Positions 27,188 through 37,014 of a stretch of 64,000 nucleotides of DNA are shown here, one piece after another (the stretch's first letter is position 1; each line of letters begins with the position of its first letter). Location of the stretch: positions 3,200,001 to 3,264,000 of the forward strand of contig OZ241867.1 in NCBI GenBank assembly GCA_965203175.1, written 5' to 3'. The position numbers and the translations under genes are program-made. Source of the DNA: Candidatus Latescibacterota bacterium. GTDB lineage: Bacteria > Latescibacterota > UBA2968 > UBA8231. The notes below the pieces were generated by a model. It saw only the letters and a program-made list of their open reading frames with translations, was not told where the DNA came from and did not search any database.

Positions 27188-29061
27188 GGCAGCAGCTTGC
27201 GCTGAACCTCTTCGTTGTCTGGCTCGAGTTCTAGCACCTTTTGCCAATGTGTGCGCGCTTCGTCCGTTTTACCGAGGGAGCTGGCAATGTCGCCGGCGTG
27301 GTCGAAGATCACGGCCTGCTCCTCGGGATCGACCTCGTCTATATGCTCTAGGGATTGTTGCAAGTAGTGCTCGGCCTGCGCTAGCTCGCCGAGGCGGAAA
27401 TAGGCCCAGCCAATGCTGTCGAGGAACGCGCTGTTGTCCGGTTCGAGCGCGATCGCCTTCTCCAAGAGCGCGACCGCCTCTGTTAGTCGGATGCCCTTAT
27501 CTGCGTACATGTAGCCGAGGTAGTTGAGTGCGTACGCATCGTTTGGCTCGGTCTCCAACAGGCGTTGGAAGGTTTCCACTGCGCGGTCGAAGTACTCGTC
27601 GCGGTCAAGTTTGCGCGACGCCTGCTCGTAGCAGGAGCCAAGGTAAAAGAGCACGCGGCTCTTGTCGTTGGCGAGCTCAACGGCCTGATTCAGCTTTTCA
27701 AGCGCCGCTTCCCAGCGCTCTAGTTCCTCCAAGGCGATGCCCCAGTACAAAAAGGTCGGGCTGTACGCGGAGTCGAGCGAGGCCGCTATTTTGTATTGGG
27801 CCAGCGCGTCTTCCCATTGCCCCTGTCGCCCTAGGCTGATGCCCCACCGCACGTGCAGCACGGCTTCGCCCGGGGATACGGCGAGTGCTTGGCGATAGAT
27901 GTCAATGGCCTCTGCCCAAGCGTCTTGTTGCTCTAGCGCGAGTCCCCAGTACAGATATATCTCAACGGCGTCGGGCGAGTACTGAAGGCCGCGCTGGTAC
28001 ACGGCTATGGCCTCGTCGTAGCGCCCGGTACTCTCTAGGGCCGTCCCCCAGTACAGGTAAATCTCGCTGCTGTCGGGCATGACTTCTGCCGCTTGGCTGA
28101 GAACGTCGGTGGCCTCGTCGTACTCCTCCAAGTAGATGTAGTATCGCGCTAGGTCGGTCCACTGCTCGACCGTTTGGGGCTGCATCTCGACGATGCGCTT
28201 AAAGACCAACGTCGCTTGGTCGTACTTGCCGGCCTCGGACAGAGCCGTTCCCAAGTGGTAGAGCACCTCGGCACCCTCTTCGGCGAGGATTTCCTCTAGG
28301 TCGTGCTCGGTGACCATTAGCCGCGCCAAGTGGTAGGGGACGCTGCTGTCGGGCAGATAGCCCGCGGCCTCTCGATAGATGGCAATGGCCTCGTGGCGGT
28401 GCCCCTGCGCCAACTTGAGTTCGGCTAAACCCAGCCAGGCGTCCTCGACCGTAGGATCGGTAGCGAGGATCCGGTGGTAGATGCGCTCGGCCTCTTTTTG
28501 GTGGTCAATGCGAGAAAAAATGCCGGCTATGTCTACCTCGACTGCCACTGGCACTTGCTCTTGGGCGAGGACCTCGTTGAAGAGCGGGGCAATCCGTTCG
28601 GTTTGGCCCATTTCAAAGTAGATATAGGCTAAGTGGCGATAGAGCGGCCAATTGTCTGGTTCGTAATGCAGCAGCTCTTTGATGTGGTTGATGGCACTCT
28701 CGTAGTCGCCTTCGCTCTCCAAAATCCGAATCAACAGGCGGAGCAACCTCACTTGGCTGCCGTCCAATGCCAAGCCCTTGCGCGCAAAGTGGGCGGCCAT
28801 GTGGGCGTCATCGATGCGCTGATAGTTGTAAGCGAGGCGGGCGTAGATGGTGGGTGAAGTTGGATCGAGGTCGGCCGCGTTGCGCAGGGCGACTATCGCG
28901 CCGAGGTAGTTGTGTTGGGCTTCAAAGACCTTGGCCTTGATGAAGTATTGCATGGCTTGGTCGGGACCCGTCGGCTCTGCGGGCGCGCTGTAGCTCCGCA
29001 GACCCGCACAGCCGCCCGCTGCCAGCGCGAGAGCGCAGAACAGGGGGAGGGTATTTTTCAT
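27184..29061 (-). CDS. TPR-repeat lipoprotein
   Basis: Start refined to MKNTLP (29061); lipobox AAGGC; more than 10 TPRs; 'ALNYLGY..LDSIGWAYFRLG..DHAGD' C-terminus. Confidence 0.88.
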   Translation of the reverse strand: MKNTLPLFCALALAAGGCAGLRSYSAPAEPTGPDQAMQYFIKAKVFEAQHNYLGAIVALRNAADLDPTSPTIYARLAYNYQRIDDAHMAAHFARKGLALDGSQVRLLRLLIRILESEGDYESAINHIKELLHYEPDNWPLYRHLAYIYFEMGQTERIAPLFNEVLAQEQVPVAVEVDIAGIFSRIDHQKEAERIYHRILATDPTVEDAWLGLAELKLAQGHRHEAIAIYREAAGYLPDSSVPYHLARLMVTEHDLEEILAEEGAEVLYHLGTALSEAGKYDQATLVFKRIVEMQPQTVEQWTDLARYYIYLEEYDEATDVLSQAAEVMPDSSEIYLYWGTALESTGRYDEAIAVYQRGLQYSPDAVEIYLYWGLALEQQDAWAEAIDIYRQALAVSPGEAVLHVRWGISLGRQGQWEDALAQYKIAASLDSAYSPTFLYWGIALEELERWEAALEKLNQAVELANDKSRVLFYLGSCYEQASRKLDRDEYFDRAVETFQRLLETEPNDAYALNYLGYMYADKGIRLTEAVALLEKAIALEPDNSAFLDSIGWAYFRLGELAQAEHYLQQSLEHIDEVDPEEQAVIFDHAGDIASSLGKTDEARTHWQKVLELEPDNEEVQRKLLP

Positions 29062-29077
29062 AATTGTCAACTCCCCA

Positions 29078-29926
29078 TCAGGTGATTTTTGGATCCAAGG
29101 CGTCTCTGAGCCCGTCGCCAAAGAGATTGAGCGCCAAGACGACCACGAAGATGGCCAGCCCGGGAAAGGCCATGACCCAAGGCGCTTGCAGGAGCAGTTC
29201 GCGTCCCCCGGATAGCATGGCTCCCCACTCGGGGGTCGGCGGCTGGGCCCCCAAGCCCAAAAAGCTCAACCCGGCCGCGTCGAGGATGGCCGTGCCCAAG
29301 CTGAGCGTGGCTTGCACGATGAGCGGAACCGTGCAGTTGGGCAGGATGCTGTAGAACAGCAGCCGCGATTCGCTCGCCCCCAGCGCGCGCGCGGCCTCGA
29401 CGTACGTGGCCTCGCGCACGGTCAACACGGACGAGCGCATGAGGCGGGCAAATTGTGGCACCAAAACGATGCTGACGGCGAGAATGGCATTGTCGATGCC
29501 CGGCCCGATGACGGCGACGATGGCAATGGCCAAGAGGATGCTGGGGAAGGCCAGCATCAGATCCATCAGCCGCATGATGAGCATGTCGGTAATCCCACCG
29601 CGATACCCGGCCACGAGGCCGAGTAAGGTGCCGGTGGAAGCGGCCAGCGCGATGGCGACCAATCCGATCCGCAGCGAGATGCGGGCGCCGTACACGATGC
29701 GGCTGAAGATGTCGCGGCCAAAGTCGTCCGTTCCCAGCCAATGGCTCGTCGATGGCGGCTGCAAGCGCGCATAGAGGTTTTGCGCCAGTGGATCGTATGG
29801 TGCCAGCAGCGGTGCCAGCAGCGCGACTAGAACCGCACTCGCCAAGACCCCGCCGCCGATCAGCGCGAGGCGCTGTTTGCCGAGCCGCCGCAGTTCACTG
29901 GTGACGTGTGAAAGTATCTCAAGCAT
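29078..29926 (-). CDS. dppC: Dipeptide ABC transporter permease
   Basis: 'HWLGTDDFGRDIFSR', 'YVEAARALGAS', 'LSFLGLG..PPTPEWG', 'GDGLRDALDPK'. Confidence 0.92.
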   Translation of the reverse strand: MLEILSHVTSELRRLGKQRLALIGGGVLASAVLVALLAPLLAPYDPLAQNLYARLQPPSTSHWLGTDDFGRDIFSRIVYGARISLRIGLVAIALAASTGTLLGLVAGYRGGITDMLIMRLMDLMLAFPSILLAIAIVAVIGPGIDNAILAVSIVLVPQFARLMRSSVLTVREATYVEAARALGASESRLLFYSILPNCTVPLIVQATLSLGTAILDAAGLSFLGLGAQPPTPEWGAMLSGGRELLLQAPWVMAFPGLAIFVVVLALNLFGDGLRDALDPKIT

Positions 29927-29943
29927 GACAAATTAGCATCGCG

Positions 29944-32127
29944 CTACTTCAGCTCTAGAACTAACACGCCCAGTGGCGGCAGGCGCAACCGCGCCGAGTG
30001 CGGCCGGCCGTGGCAGGCGACTTGCTCGGTATGCACCCAACCTCCGTGGCCCACGCCACTGCCGCCGTAGATTTCGGCATCGCTGTTGAGCAGCTCGCGG
30101 TACGGTCCGGCGGCTGGCAGCCCGAGCCGGTAGTCCGCTCGGGGGACGGGGGTAAAATTGCACGCGAAGATCAGGGGTTTTTCGCCCTCGGCGCGGCGCG
30201 CAAAAGCCGCGATGCTGTGCGCAGGGTCCGAGCAGTCGATCCACTCAAAGCCATCGGGATATGCATCGGTGCGATGCAGGGCCGCGCAGCGACGATAGAG
30301 CTGGTTGAGATCGCAGAGCCAGCGATAGACGCCGCGGTGACTCTCGTCGTCGAGCAGGTGCCAGTGCAACTCGCCTTGGTGATCCCACTCTTCCCATTGC
30401 GCCAGTTCGGATCCCATAAACAGTAGCTTCTTGCCCGGGTGTCCGTACATAAAGCCGTAGAGCAAGCGCAAGTTGGCCAGTTGCTGCCAAGCGTCGCCGG
30501 GCATCTTGCTCAAGAGCGAACGCTTGCCGTGGACGACCTCGTCGTGCGACAGCGGCAAGACGAAGTTTTCGCAATAGGCGTAGAGCATGCCAAAGGTCAG
30601 GTCGTCTTGGTGGTGGCGGCGGTGGATGGGATCGCGCTGCATGTAGCGCAGCACGTCGTTCATCCAGCCCATGTTCCACTTGAAGCCAAAGCCGAGGCCG
30701 CCGGCGTCGGCGGGGCGGGAAACCTCTGGCCAAGCAGTCGATTCCTCGGCGATCATCAAGGTGCCGGGGCAGTGCTCGCCGATGACCGTGTTGATCTGTC
30801 TGAGAAAGTCGATGGCTTCGAGGTTTTCGCGCCCGCCATAGGCGTTGGGCACCCATTCCCCTTCTAAGCGCGAGTAGTCGAGGTAGAGCATGGAGGCCAC
30901 GGCATCGACCCGCAGGCCGTCGATGTGAAAGCGTTCGAGCCAGAAAAGGGCATTGGAAATGAGAAAGGAGCGGACTTCGGCGCGGCCGTAGTTGAATATG
31001 CAAGTGTGCCAATCGGGATGCCGTCCTTGGCGCGGATCGCGGTGCTCGTAGAGGCTGGTGCCGTCGAACTGAGCCAAGCCGTGGGCATCGTCGGGGAAGT
31101 GCGCGGGCACCCAGTCGAGAATCACGCCGATGGCGTGGCGGTGGCAATAGTCGATGAAATAGGCGAAGTCCTCGGGGGTGCCAAAGCGCGCGCTCGGGGC
31201 GAAATACCCCGTTCCTTGATAGCCCCACGAGCCGTCGAAGGGATGCTCGGCGACCGGCATTAGTTCGATGTGGGTAAAGCCCAGTTCAGCCACGTGGGGG
31301 ACCAATTGGTGAGCCAGCGTGCGATAGTCGAGATAGGCACCGCCGTCGCGGCGCCAAGAGCCGAGGTGCACCTCGTAGATGGCGAGGGGAGCTTCCAGAT
31401 AGTTGTGCTCTTGTCGCGCGGCCATCCAGGCGTCGTCGTTCCAAGCGAACGCATAGTCTGGGCAGACTGCGGAAGCAGTGCGGGGCGGTTGCTCGGTTGC
31501 AAAGGCAAAGGGATCGCTTTTGAGCAGGACGTCACTGTTGCGGCTGAGGACTTCGTACTTGTAGAGCGCGCCTGCTCCCACCTCCGGGATGAACAGTTCC
31601 CAGACTCCAGAAGCGCCCAGCGAGCGCATGCAGTGCCGCCGGCCGTCCCAGCCGTTGAAATCGCCGACCACGCTGACCCGGCGGGCACTCGGTGCCCACA
31701 CTGCGAAGTACGTGCCTTCAGTCCCGTCGATGCAGCGCGGATGCGCCCCCAGCATCTCGTAGGCGCGGTAGAGCGTTCCTTCGTTGAAGAGGTATTGGTC
31801 TTGGGGCGCGAACTGCGGCCAGAACGAGTACGGGTCGCGGCAGTAGCGGATCTCGCCCTGTGCGTTTGTCACCTCTAGATGGTACGCAAAAGGTGTGCTG
31901 CGGCCCGTGATCCGCGCCTCGAACAGCCCGTCGGCATGGATTTTGGCCGCCGGAAAGCTCGCGTTTTGCCCTCCGCGCTCCACGACCCGCACGCTCGCTG
32001 CATCGGGCAAGAACGCGCGCACGACCCATCCCTCGTCTAAAGGGTGCATACCTAAGGCCGCGAACACATCGGCGCATTCGCCGTGCACAAGGGCCTCTAT
32101 GGTCTGCGGATCAAGTGTTACCTGCAT
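29944..32127 (-). CDS. glgB: 1,4-alpha-glucan branching enzyme
   Basis: 'YEVHLGSW', 'SWGYQ', 'DWVPAHF', '[13 protein letters not shown]', 'AEESTAW', '[10 protein letters not shown]'. Confidence 0.97.
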   Translation of the reverse strand: MQVTLDPQTIEALVHGECADVFAALGMHPLDEGWVVRAFLPDAASVRVVERGGQNASFPAAKIHADGLFEARITGRSTPFAYHLEVTNAQGEIRYCRDPYSFWPQFAPQDQYLFNEGTLYRAYEMLGAHPRCIDGTEGTYFAVWAPSARRVSVVGDFNGWDGRRHCMRSLGASGVWELFIPEVGAGALYKYEVLSRNSDVLLKSDPFAFATEQPPRTASAVCPDYAFAWNDDAWMAARQEHNYLEAPLAIYEVHLGSWRRDGGAYLDYRTLAHQLVPHVAELGFTHIELMPVAEHPFDGSWGYQGTGYFAPSARFGTPEDFAYFIDYCHRHAIGVILDWVPAHFPDDAHGLAQFDGTSLYEHRDPRQGRHPDWHTCIFNYGRAEVRSFLISNALFWLERFHIDGLRVDAVASMLYLDYSRLEGEWVPNAYGGRENLEAIDFLRQINTVIGEHCPGTLMIAEESTAWPEVSRPADAGGLGFGFKWNMGWMNDVLRYMQRDPIHRRHHQDDLTFGMLYAYCENFVLPLSHDEVVHGKRSLLSKMPGDAWQQLANLRLLYGFMYGHPGKKLLFMGSELAQWEEWDHQGELHWHLLDDESHRGVYRWLCDLNQLYRRCAALHRTDAYPDGFEWIDCSDPAHSIAAFARRAEGEKPLIFACNFTPVPRADYRLGLPAAGPYRELLNSDAEIYGGSGVGHGGWVHTEQVACHGRPHSARLRLPPLGVLVLELK

Positions 32128-32311
32128 GGTTGCATTTGCTCAGAGTTGAACATTTGGAAGAAAATAGGTCAATTTGGGGAAAAGGTATAGGGCGGCCACT
32201 AGGAGGGCAGGCTGTACTGGGCGGCGGAATGGCGCGACAGGTGATCAGGACGCTCACAACTTTTTTGGAGATAGGTTATATTTTTTAAAACTGACGTTAC
32301 GCACGGGGCTT

Positions 32312-32351
32312 TAGGTATGAGATGCTTCGACTCCGCTGCGCTCAGCATGAC
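32312..32351 (+). repeat. Half copy of the palindromic REP-like element at 61317-61422
   Basis: taggtatgagatgcttcgactccgctgcgctcagcatgac vs taggtaggagattcttcgactccgctgcgctccgctcagaatgac. Confidence 0.75.
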
Positions 32352-32384
32352 CATAACAGGCAGCTTCCCGACCTACTTTGGCTA

Positions 32385-33716
32385 TTGGACAAAAAAATCG
32401 CCACTAGCGGCTGGGGGCTGTACCCGCTCGTCGCCGCCTCGGTTCAGCGCGCGCGCTACCTAAGCGACCTCGGTCGCGCCGCCGCGACCCAGATTTTACC
32501 CCAGGGCAATTGTCGCTCCTACGGCGACGCCTGCCTATACGAGCGCGTCGTTTCCACCCTGCCCCTCAAGCACCTGCTCGACTTCGATCCGCAGCGCGGG
32601 CTGTTGCGCGCGCAAGCCGGCATTACTTTCGCGGAGATCATCCGCTTTGCCCTGCCCCAGGGCTTTTTCCCACCCGTTACGCCGGGGACCAAGTTCCCCA
32701 CGCTCGGCGGTTGTATTGCCGCGGATGTGCACGGCAAAAACCATCACGCCGAGGGGTCCATCTCCGCCTTTGTCGAATCGCTGGACATGGTGTTGGCCGA
32801 TGGCTCGCTAGTGCGCTGCTCGCGCAACGAGTGCGCCGATCTGTTTTGGGCCACGCTCGGCGGCATGGGCTTGACGGGATTTATCTATGCGGCGACGCTG
32901 CGGCTGAAAAAGGTGCCGTCGGCGTACATCCGGCAGCGCGCTATCAAGACGGCAAATTGGGCCGAGACGTGTAGCGTCTGCACGGAGACCCAGCATGAGT
33001 ACACCTATTCAGTCGCGTGGATCGACGGGCTGCAAACGGGACGGAAGCTAGGGCGCGGTCGCGTGCTGCTGGGGGAACACGCGGATGAACGCGAACTCAA
33101 AGGCAAGTCGCCCTTTGCCATTCACGGCGATGGCCGCTGGGCCGTGCCGTTTTTCTTGCCCGGCGGCGTGCTCAATGCCAAGTCGCTGAAGGTGTTTAAC
33201 TCCCTCTACTACCATCGCCAAGTGCGCCGGGCAGCCGATGCGCTCATCCACTACGATCCGTACTTCTATCCGCTCGACGCCATCCGCGGCTGGAACCGCC
33301 TGTACGGTCGCCGGGGCTTTTTGCAGTACCAGATCGCCGTGCCATACACCGATGGCGCGGAGGTGATCGCCGATCTGCTCGGGCGCATCGCCCGCCAGGG
33401 CGTGGCTTCGCCCTTGGCCGTGCTCAAGACGTTTGGGCCGCCGAGCGAGGGCTTGCTTTCTTTTCCCATAGCGGGTTATACCCTCGCGCTGGACATCCCC
33501 TTGCGCGACTCCGGGACGATCCCCTTCTTGCGTGAACTGAACAAGATCATCGTCGAGGCCAAAGGCCGCGTCTATCTGGCCAAGGACGCCATTTTGGAAA
33601 GGGAGGATTTCGCCGCCATGTATCCGCAACTAAGACAATTCAAAGCGGTCAAGCGCAAATACGATCCCGAATGCCGCTTCCGCTCCTGTCTGTCCGACCG
33701 CTTGGGGATTACGTGA
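32385..33716 (+). CDS. FAD-binding oxidoreductase, DprE1-like
   Basis: 'SGWG', 'G..RSYGD', 'PVTPGTK..TLGG.IA.DVHGKNHH', 'YGRRGFLQYQ', 'GRVYLAKD'. Start set to TTG 32385 because the ORF-track extension runs through a repeat. Confidence 0.88.
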   Translation: MDKKIATSGWGLYPLVAASVQRARYLSDLGRAAATQILPQGNCRSYGDACLYERVVSTLPLKHLLDFDPQRGLLRAQAGITFAEIIRFALPQGFFPPVTPGTKFPTLGGCIAADVHGKNHHAEGSISAFVESLDMVLADGSLVRCSRNECADLFWATLGGMGLTGFIYAATLRLKKVPSAYIRQRAIKTANWAETCSVCTETQHEYTYSVAWIDGLQTGRKLGRGRVLLGEHADERELKGKSPFAIHGDGRWAVPFFLPGGVLNAKSLKVFNSLYYHRQVRRAADALIHYDPYFYPLDAIRGWNRLYGRRGFLQYQIAVPYTDGAEVIADLLGRIARQGVASPLAVLKTFGPPSEGLLSFPIAGYTLALDIPLRDSGTIPFLRELNKIIVEAKGRVYLAKDAILEREDFAAMYPQLRQFKAVKRKYDPECRFRSCLSDRLGIT

Positions 33717-34444
33717 GGGCCTTGGTTTTGGGGGCTAAGTCGGCGATTGCCCAAGCCATCGTCGAGCGCCTCGACGGGTACGACTTCGCGCTGGCCGCCC
33801 GCGGGTGTAGCGAGTTGGAGCCTTTTGCCGCGGACTTGCGGCTCAGGCACTCGTGCGAGGTGGAACTGTTCGAGTTTGACGCCTTGGACTTTGCAGCGTT
33901 GGCGCGTTTGCCGCAGCAGGTGCACGAGCGCGGCGGCCCCTTCGACTTGGTCGTCCTCGCCTTCGGCTATCTCGGCGACGAACGCGCTGCGCAGCGCGAT
34001 ACAGATGAGCTAGCCCACATCCTCAACGCCAACTTTACCGGCGCGGCCATCGCGCTGGCGCATTTGGCCAATTATCTGGAGGAAAGGGACACTCCGACTG
34101 GCATCATTGCCATTTCGTCTGTGGCTGGCGACCGAGGCCGCCAGGGCAACTACGCGTATGGATCGGCTAAAGGGGGGCTGGCGATTTTCTTGCAAGGGCT
34201 GCGCAACCGGCTGGCTGCGACGTCTGTACATGTCTTGACCGTCAAACCCGGGTTTGTAGATACGCCTATGACGGAGGGGCTTGACGGGCTTTTTTTGGTT
34301 GCTCCACCGGAGCGAGTGGCCGCGGACATTGTGCGCGCCTATCGGCAAAAGAAAGACGTGCTCTACACGCCGTTTTTTTGGCGCTGGATTATGCTCGTGA
34401 TCAAGAGCATCCCCGAGCGCATTTTTAAGAGGCTGAAGTTGTGA
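33713..34444 (+). CDS. SDR oxidoreductase, DprE2-like
   Basis: GTG start overlapping the upstream stop (GTGA); 'LGAKSAIA', 'SSVAGDRGR..NYAYGSAKGG', 'VKPGFVDT.MT'. Confidence 0.88.
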   Translation: MRALVLGAKSAIAQAIVERLDGYDFALAARGCSELEPFAADLRLRHSCEVELFEFDALDFAALARLPQQVHERGGPFDLVVLAFGYLGDERAAQRDTDELAHILNANFTGAAIALAHLANYLEERDTPTGIIAISSVAGDRGRQGNYAYGSAKGGLAIFLQGLRNRLAATSVHVLTVKPGFVDTPMTEGLDGLFLVAPPERVAADIVRAYRQKKDVLYTPFFWRWIMLVIKSIPERIFKRLKL

Positions 34445-34466
34445 CGCGCTAGCCGTCCGCCGTTGT

Positions 34467-36974
34467 TCACGAACGGGAGGACCGAATACCGCGCGTGGTA
34501 ATGAAGTCCCGATACCGCGCGAATGCGGCATTGACCTCCTCTGGGGTAAGGCCGTAATCCTCCAGGGTGTAGCGATGCCGCTTCTCCTGTCGGCGTTGCT
34601 CTGCCTGCCGGAACTGCCAGTCTTCCATGGCGTCGATAGCTGCTTGTTCCAAGGTCCAGCCGAAGTGTTTATAGATGCTGCGAACTACACCAAACGGATC
34701 CTCGATCAGATCGACGTAGTTCACGTCCATCCAGCGGTGCTCCAATTCGGGATGGGTTTCCCGGAAGTGCACGGCTCTATCCATCATGCCGCTCATTAAA
34801 GCCAGCTGCTCGGCACCGAAGGTTTCTCGCGGTTGTGACTCGTAGACAAGCGAATGCGCTCGTTCTACAAAGCTATTCCAGGACCCCATAAATTGCGTAG
34901 GTTCGCGATGGGTCTGGATGAAAAGGGCATCGGGATATGTCTCGACTAGAGTTTCCAGTTCCATGAGATGAAAGGGCATCTTGAATAACCACTGTCCTTG
35001 GTGTTCAGGCTGACGCTGCCGGTGCTGCCAGGTAATATTCTGCATGGTTCGGCGGTGGTGGGCGTAGGCATGCTGCGAACCGGTGGCGGCCAGCCAACGT
35101 CCAAATTCCGGGATCCGGAATCGGACGATAAGGGTCCACGACCCGAAGGCCATACTCAAGATCGGGAAATCCTCCGACGGTTCGTCCACGTCGAAATCGT
35201 GAACCCCCTCGAAAAGCTCGAGGGCATCCGAAGAGTTGAGCAAATCTTCGACCCACGCGCGACGAGGGTCGTCCGGGGTACACCCTATCGTGGCATATTC
35301 ACCCTTTGACAGGCGTGGCGCCGTGTACTCGTAGCCCCGCAGGGCCCAAAACCGCTGGTCGCGGGACATGAGGCGGTGCAGGTAGGTCGTGCCGGTGCGG
35401 TTGATTCCGACAATGAAGACCGGATTGATGATCTCCTCCTGTTCGATCTCCGGATACCGTTGCCGTTCGCGGGCAAACCCAGCGTTGATAATCAAGAGAC
35501 GGCTCAGGTCGAAGACGACATCAACGACCTTGTTCTCCAATAGTTTGGCATCGGATGTTTGAAAAGCCTGAACCAACTGCTGCAGGTTTTGACGCATCCA
35601 CGTGGGATAGGTCTGTTCGAAAGAGACGTTGTAGTTCTCGGCATAGTGTTCAGCCCGCGCGATCAGGCGGTCGAAGTCCAGACGACCGGGCGATGCGGGA
35701 TACGGCCAGTGTTGCGGATTGTCCTGACCCAGTTGGTAGGAGCGCCTAAGCTTGGTCAGCACGCCCGCCCACTTGATCGGGTGCGGACAATCTTCACGGA
35801 AGGCCCGGTCGCAAATGGGCAGCCTGTCATCCGGCTTTTCCTTGCTGAACCAGTATTTCCCAAAGTGATCGAGTACCGCCCAGCGTCCGTGCAGCGGTGA
35901 GTTTTCGCCACGAGCTTGGCAAGCACGCTTAAATGACTCGTAGGAGACTTCGGGAAAATAGACTCCGAAATCGGCGAGCTCGAGGTCGTAGTAATCGAGC
36001 TGCGGCTTGCAGCAGTGATAGATTGTGAAACGTCGTTCGGGATTCAGGGAAATGGCCGTACAGGCTTGACTCAATGTATCGACTGCCTCGTGGTTGGAGC
36101 GAAATGTGAATCCTTCTGGCATGGATTCACAATCGGGCACTGCGGCTAAAATCTGCATGGTAAGATCGTTCAGTTGGATATGTCCCGTAGTAGATACAGC
36201 AGTTTGCGGCAGCCGAAAAATCGCCAACGGCATGCCGGCTTGTTGGGCAAACAGCAGGACCTGTTCAGATGTCAGTTTGCTCCATGGGTAGCCAAGCAGA
36301 CCGATTGGGAACGTTTTCTTCATGCTGGCGAGGTCCGGCTGCATCTGGTGGTCGATGCCGCAGTGCTTAAATTCGCGGGCGAATGCAAAAAAGTACTGTG
36401 GAAACACGGCCATGGTCGAGGCATAGAACAGGTGCTTGAAGCGTTGGCGCAAACACAATTCGAGCACGTTGTGTAGGCTAAGCGTATTGAGCTTGCGTAT
36501 GGCGTTATAGGAAGTAGCGAGGCTTATATCGGCAGCTAGATGGTAGACTGCGTCGATCCGCTGACAGAGATCGTTGAAGTCCGCGTCGCTCAGACCGAAT
36601 CGGGCTTGGCCAATGTCGCCGACCACCACGCGAATGCGCGGCGCGAATTCCTCATCCCAGACTTCAGCATTCTGCAGGGCATCGCGCAGGCGCTCGAACC
36701 CGTGGTCTGCATTGTTGCCCCGGACGACGCAGTGCACTATTAGGTCGGCATGCTGTTGCAAAAGGTCGCGCAGGAGGAAACGACCGATGAATCCGGTTGC
36801 CCCGGTCAGCAAAACCTCGCGAAAATCAGCCGGGGACACCGGAGCAGCCGGCGATTCCTGACTGACAGATGTATGGACGAATCGACGCAGGGTATCGACG
36901 TCTCTCTGGCAATGGGGTGGCAAAGATCCAACAAGCGGGGCCACCGCTGTGTCGGCAACGGTTTTTTCGGTCAT
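34467..36974 (-). CDS. swfB: Thioester-reductase (R) + sulfotransferase fusion, SwfB-like
   Basis: N-terminal 'LLTGATGFIG', 'HLAA', YxxxK 'YPWSK'; C-terminal PAPS motifs 'GINRTGTTYLH', 'KMPFH', 'HREP..FMGS'. Confidence 0.85.
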   Translation of the reverse strand: MTEKTVADTAVAPLVGSLPPHCQRDVDTLRRFVHTSVSQESPAAPVSPADFREVLLTGATGFIGRFLLRDLLQQHADLIVHCVVRGNNADHGFERLRDALQNAEVWDEEFAPRIRVVVGDIGQARFGLSDADFNDLCQRIDAVYHLAADISLATSYNAIRKLNTLSLHNVLELCLRQRFKHLFYASTMAVFPQYFFAFAREFKHCGIDHQMQPDLASMKKTFPIGLLGYPWSKLTSEQVLLFAQQAGMPLAIFRLPQTAVSTTGHIQLNDLTMQILAAVPDCESMPEGFTFRSNHEAVDTLSQACTAISLNPERRFTIYHCCKPQLDYYDLELADFGVYFPEVSYESFKRACQARGENSPLHGRWAVLDHFGKYWFSKEKPDDRLPICDRAFREDCPHPIKWAGVLTKLRRSYQLGQDNPQHWPYPASPGRLDFDRLIARAEHYAENYNVSFEQTYPTWMRQNLQQLVQAFQTSDAKLLENKVVDVVFDLSRLLIINAGFARERQRYPEIEQEEIINPVFIVGINRTGTTYLHRLMSRDQRFWALRGYEYTAPRLSKGEYATIGCTPDDPRRAWVEDLLNSSDALELFEGVHDFDVDEPSEDFPILSMAFGSWTLIVRFRIPEFGRWLAATGSQHAYAHHRRTMQNITWQHRQRQPEHQGQWLFKMPFHLMELETLVETYPDALFIQTHREPTQFMGSWNSFVERAHSLVYESQPRETFGAEQLALMSGMMDRAVHFRETHPELEHRWMDVNYVDLIEDPFGVVRSIYKHFGWTLEQAAIDAMEDWQFRQAEQRRQEKRHRYTLEDYGLTPEEVNAAFARYRDFITTRGIRSSRS

Positions 36975-37014
36975 GTTTCCTTTCCTTAAAATCGTGCAAA
37001 TTCGGATTTATTCG

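Noticed and set aside
32322-32384. N-terminal extension MLRLRCAQHD of the DprE1-like ORF
   Set aside because: It is a translation of the REP-like repeat arm, not conserved protein sequence
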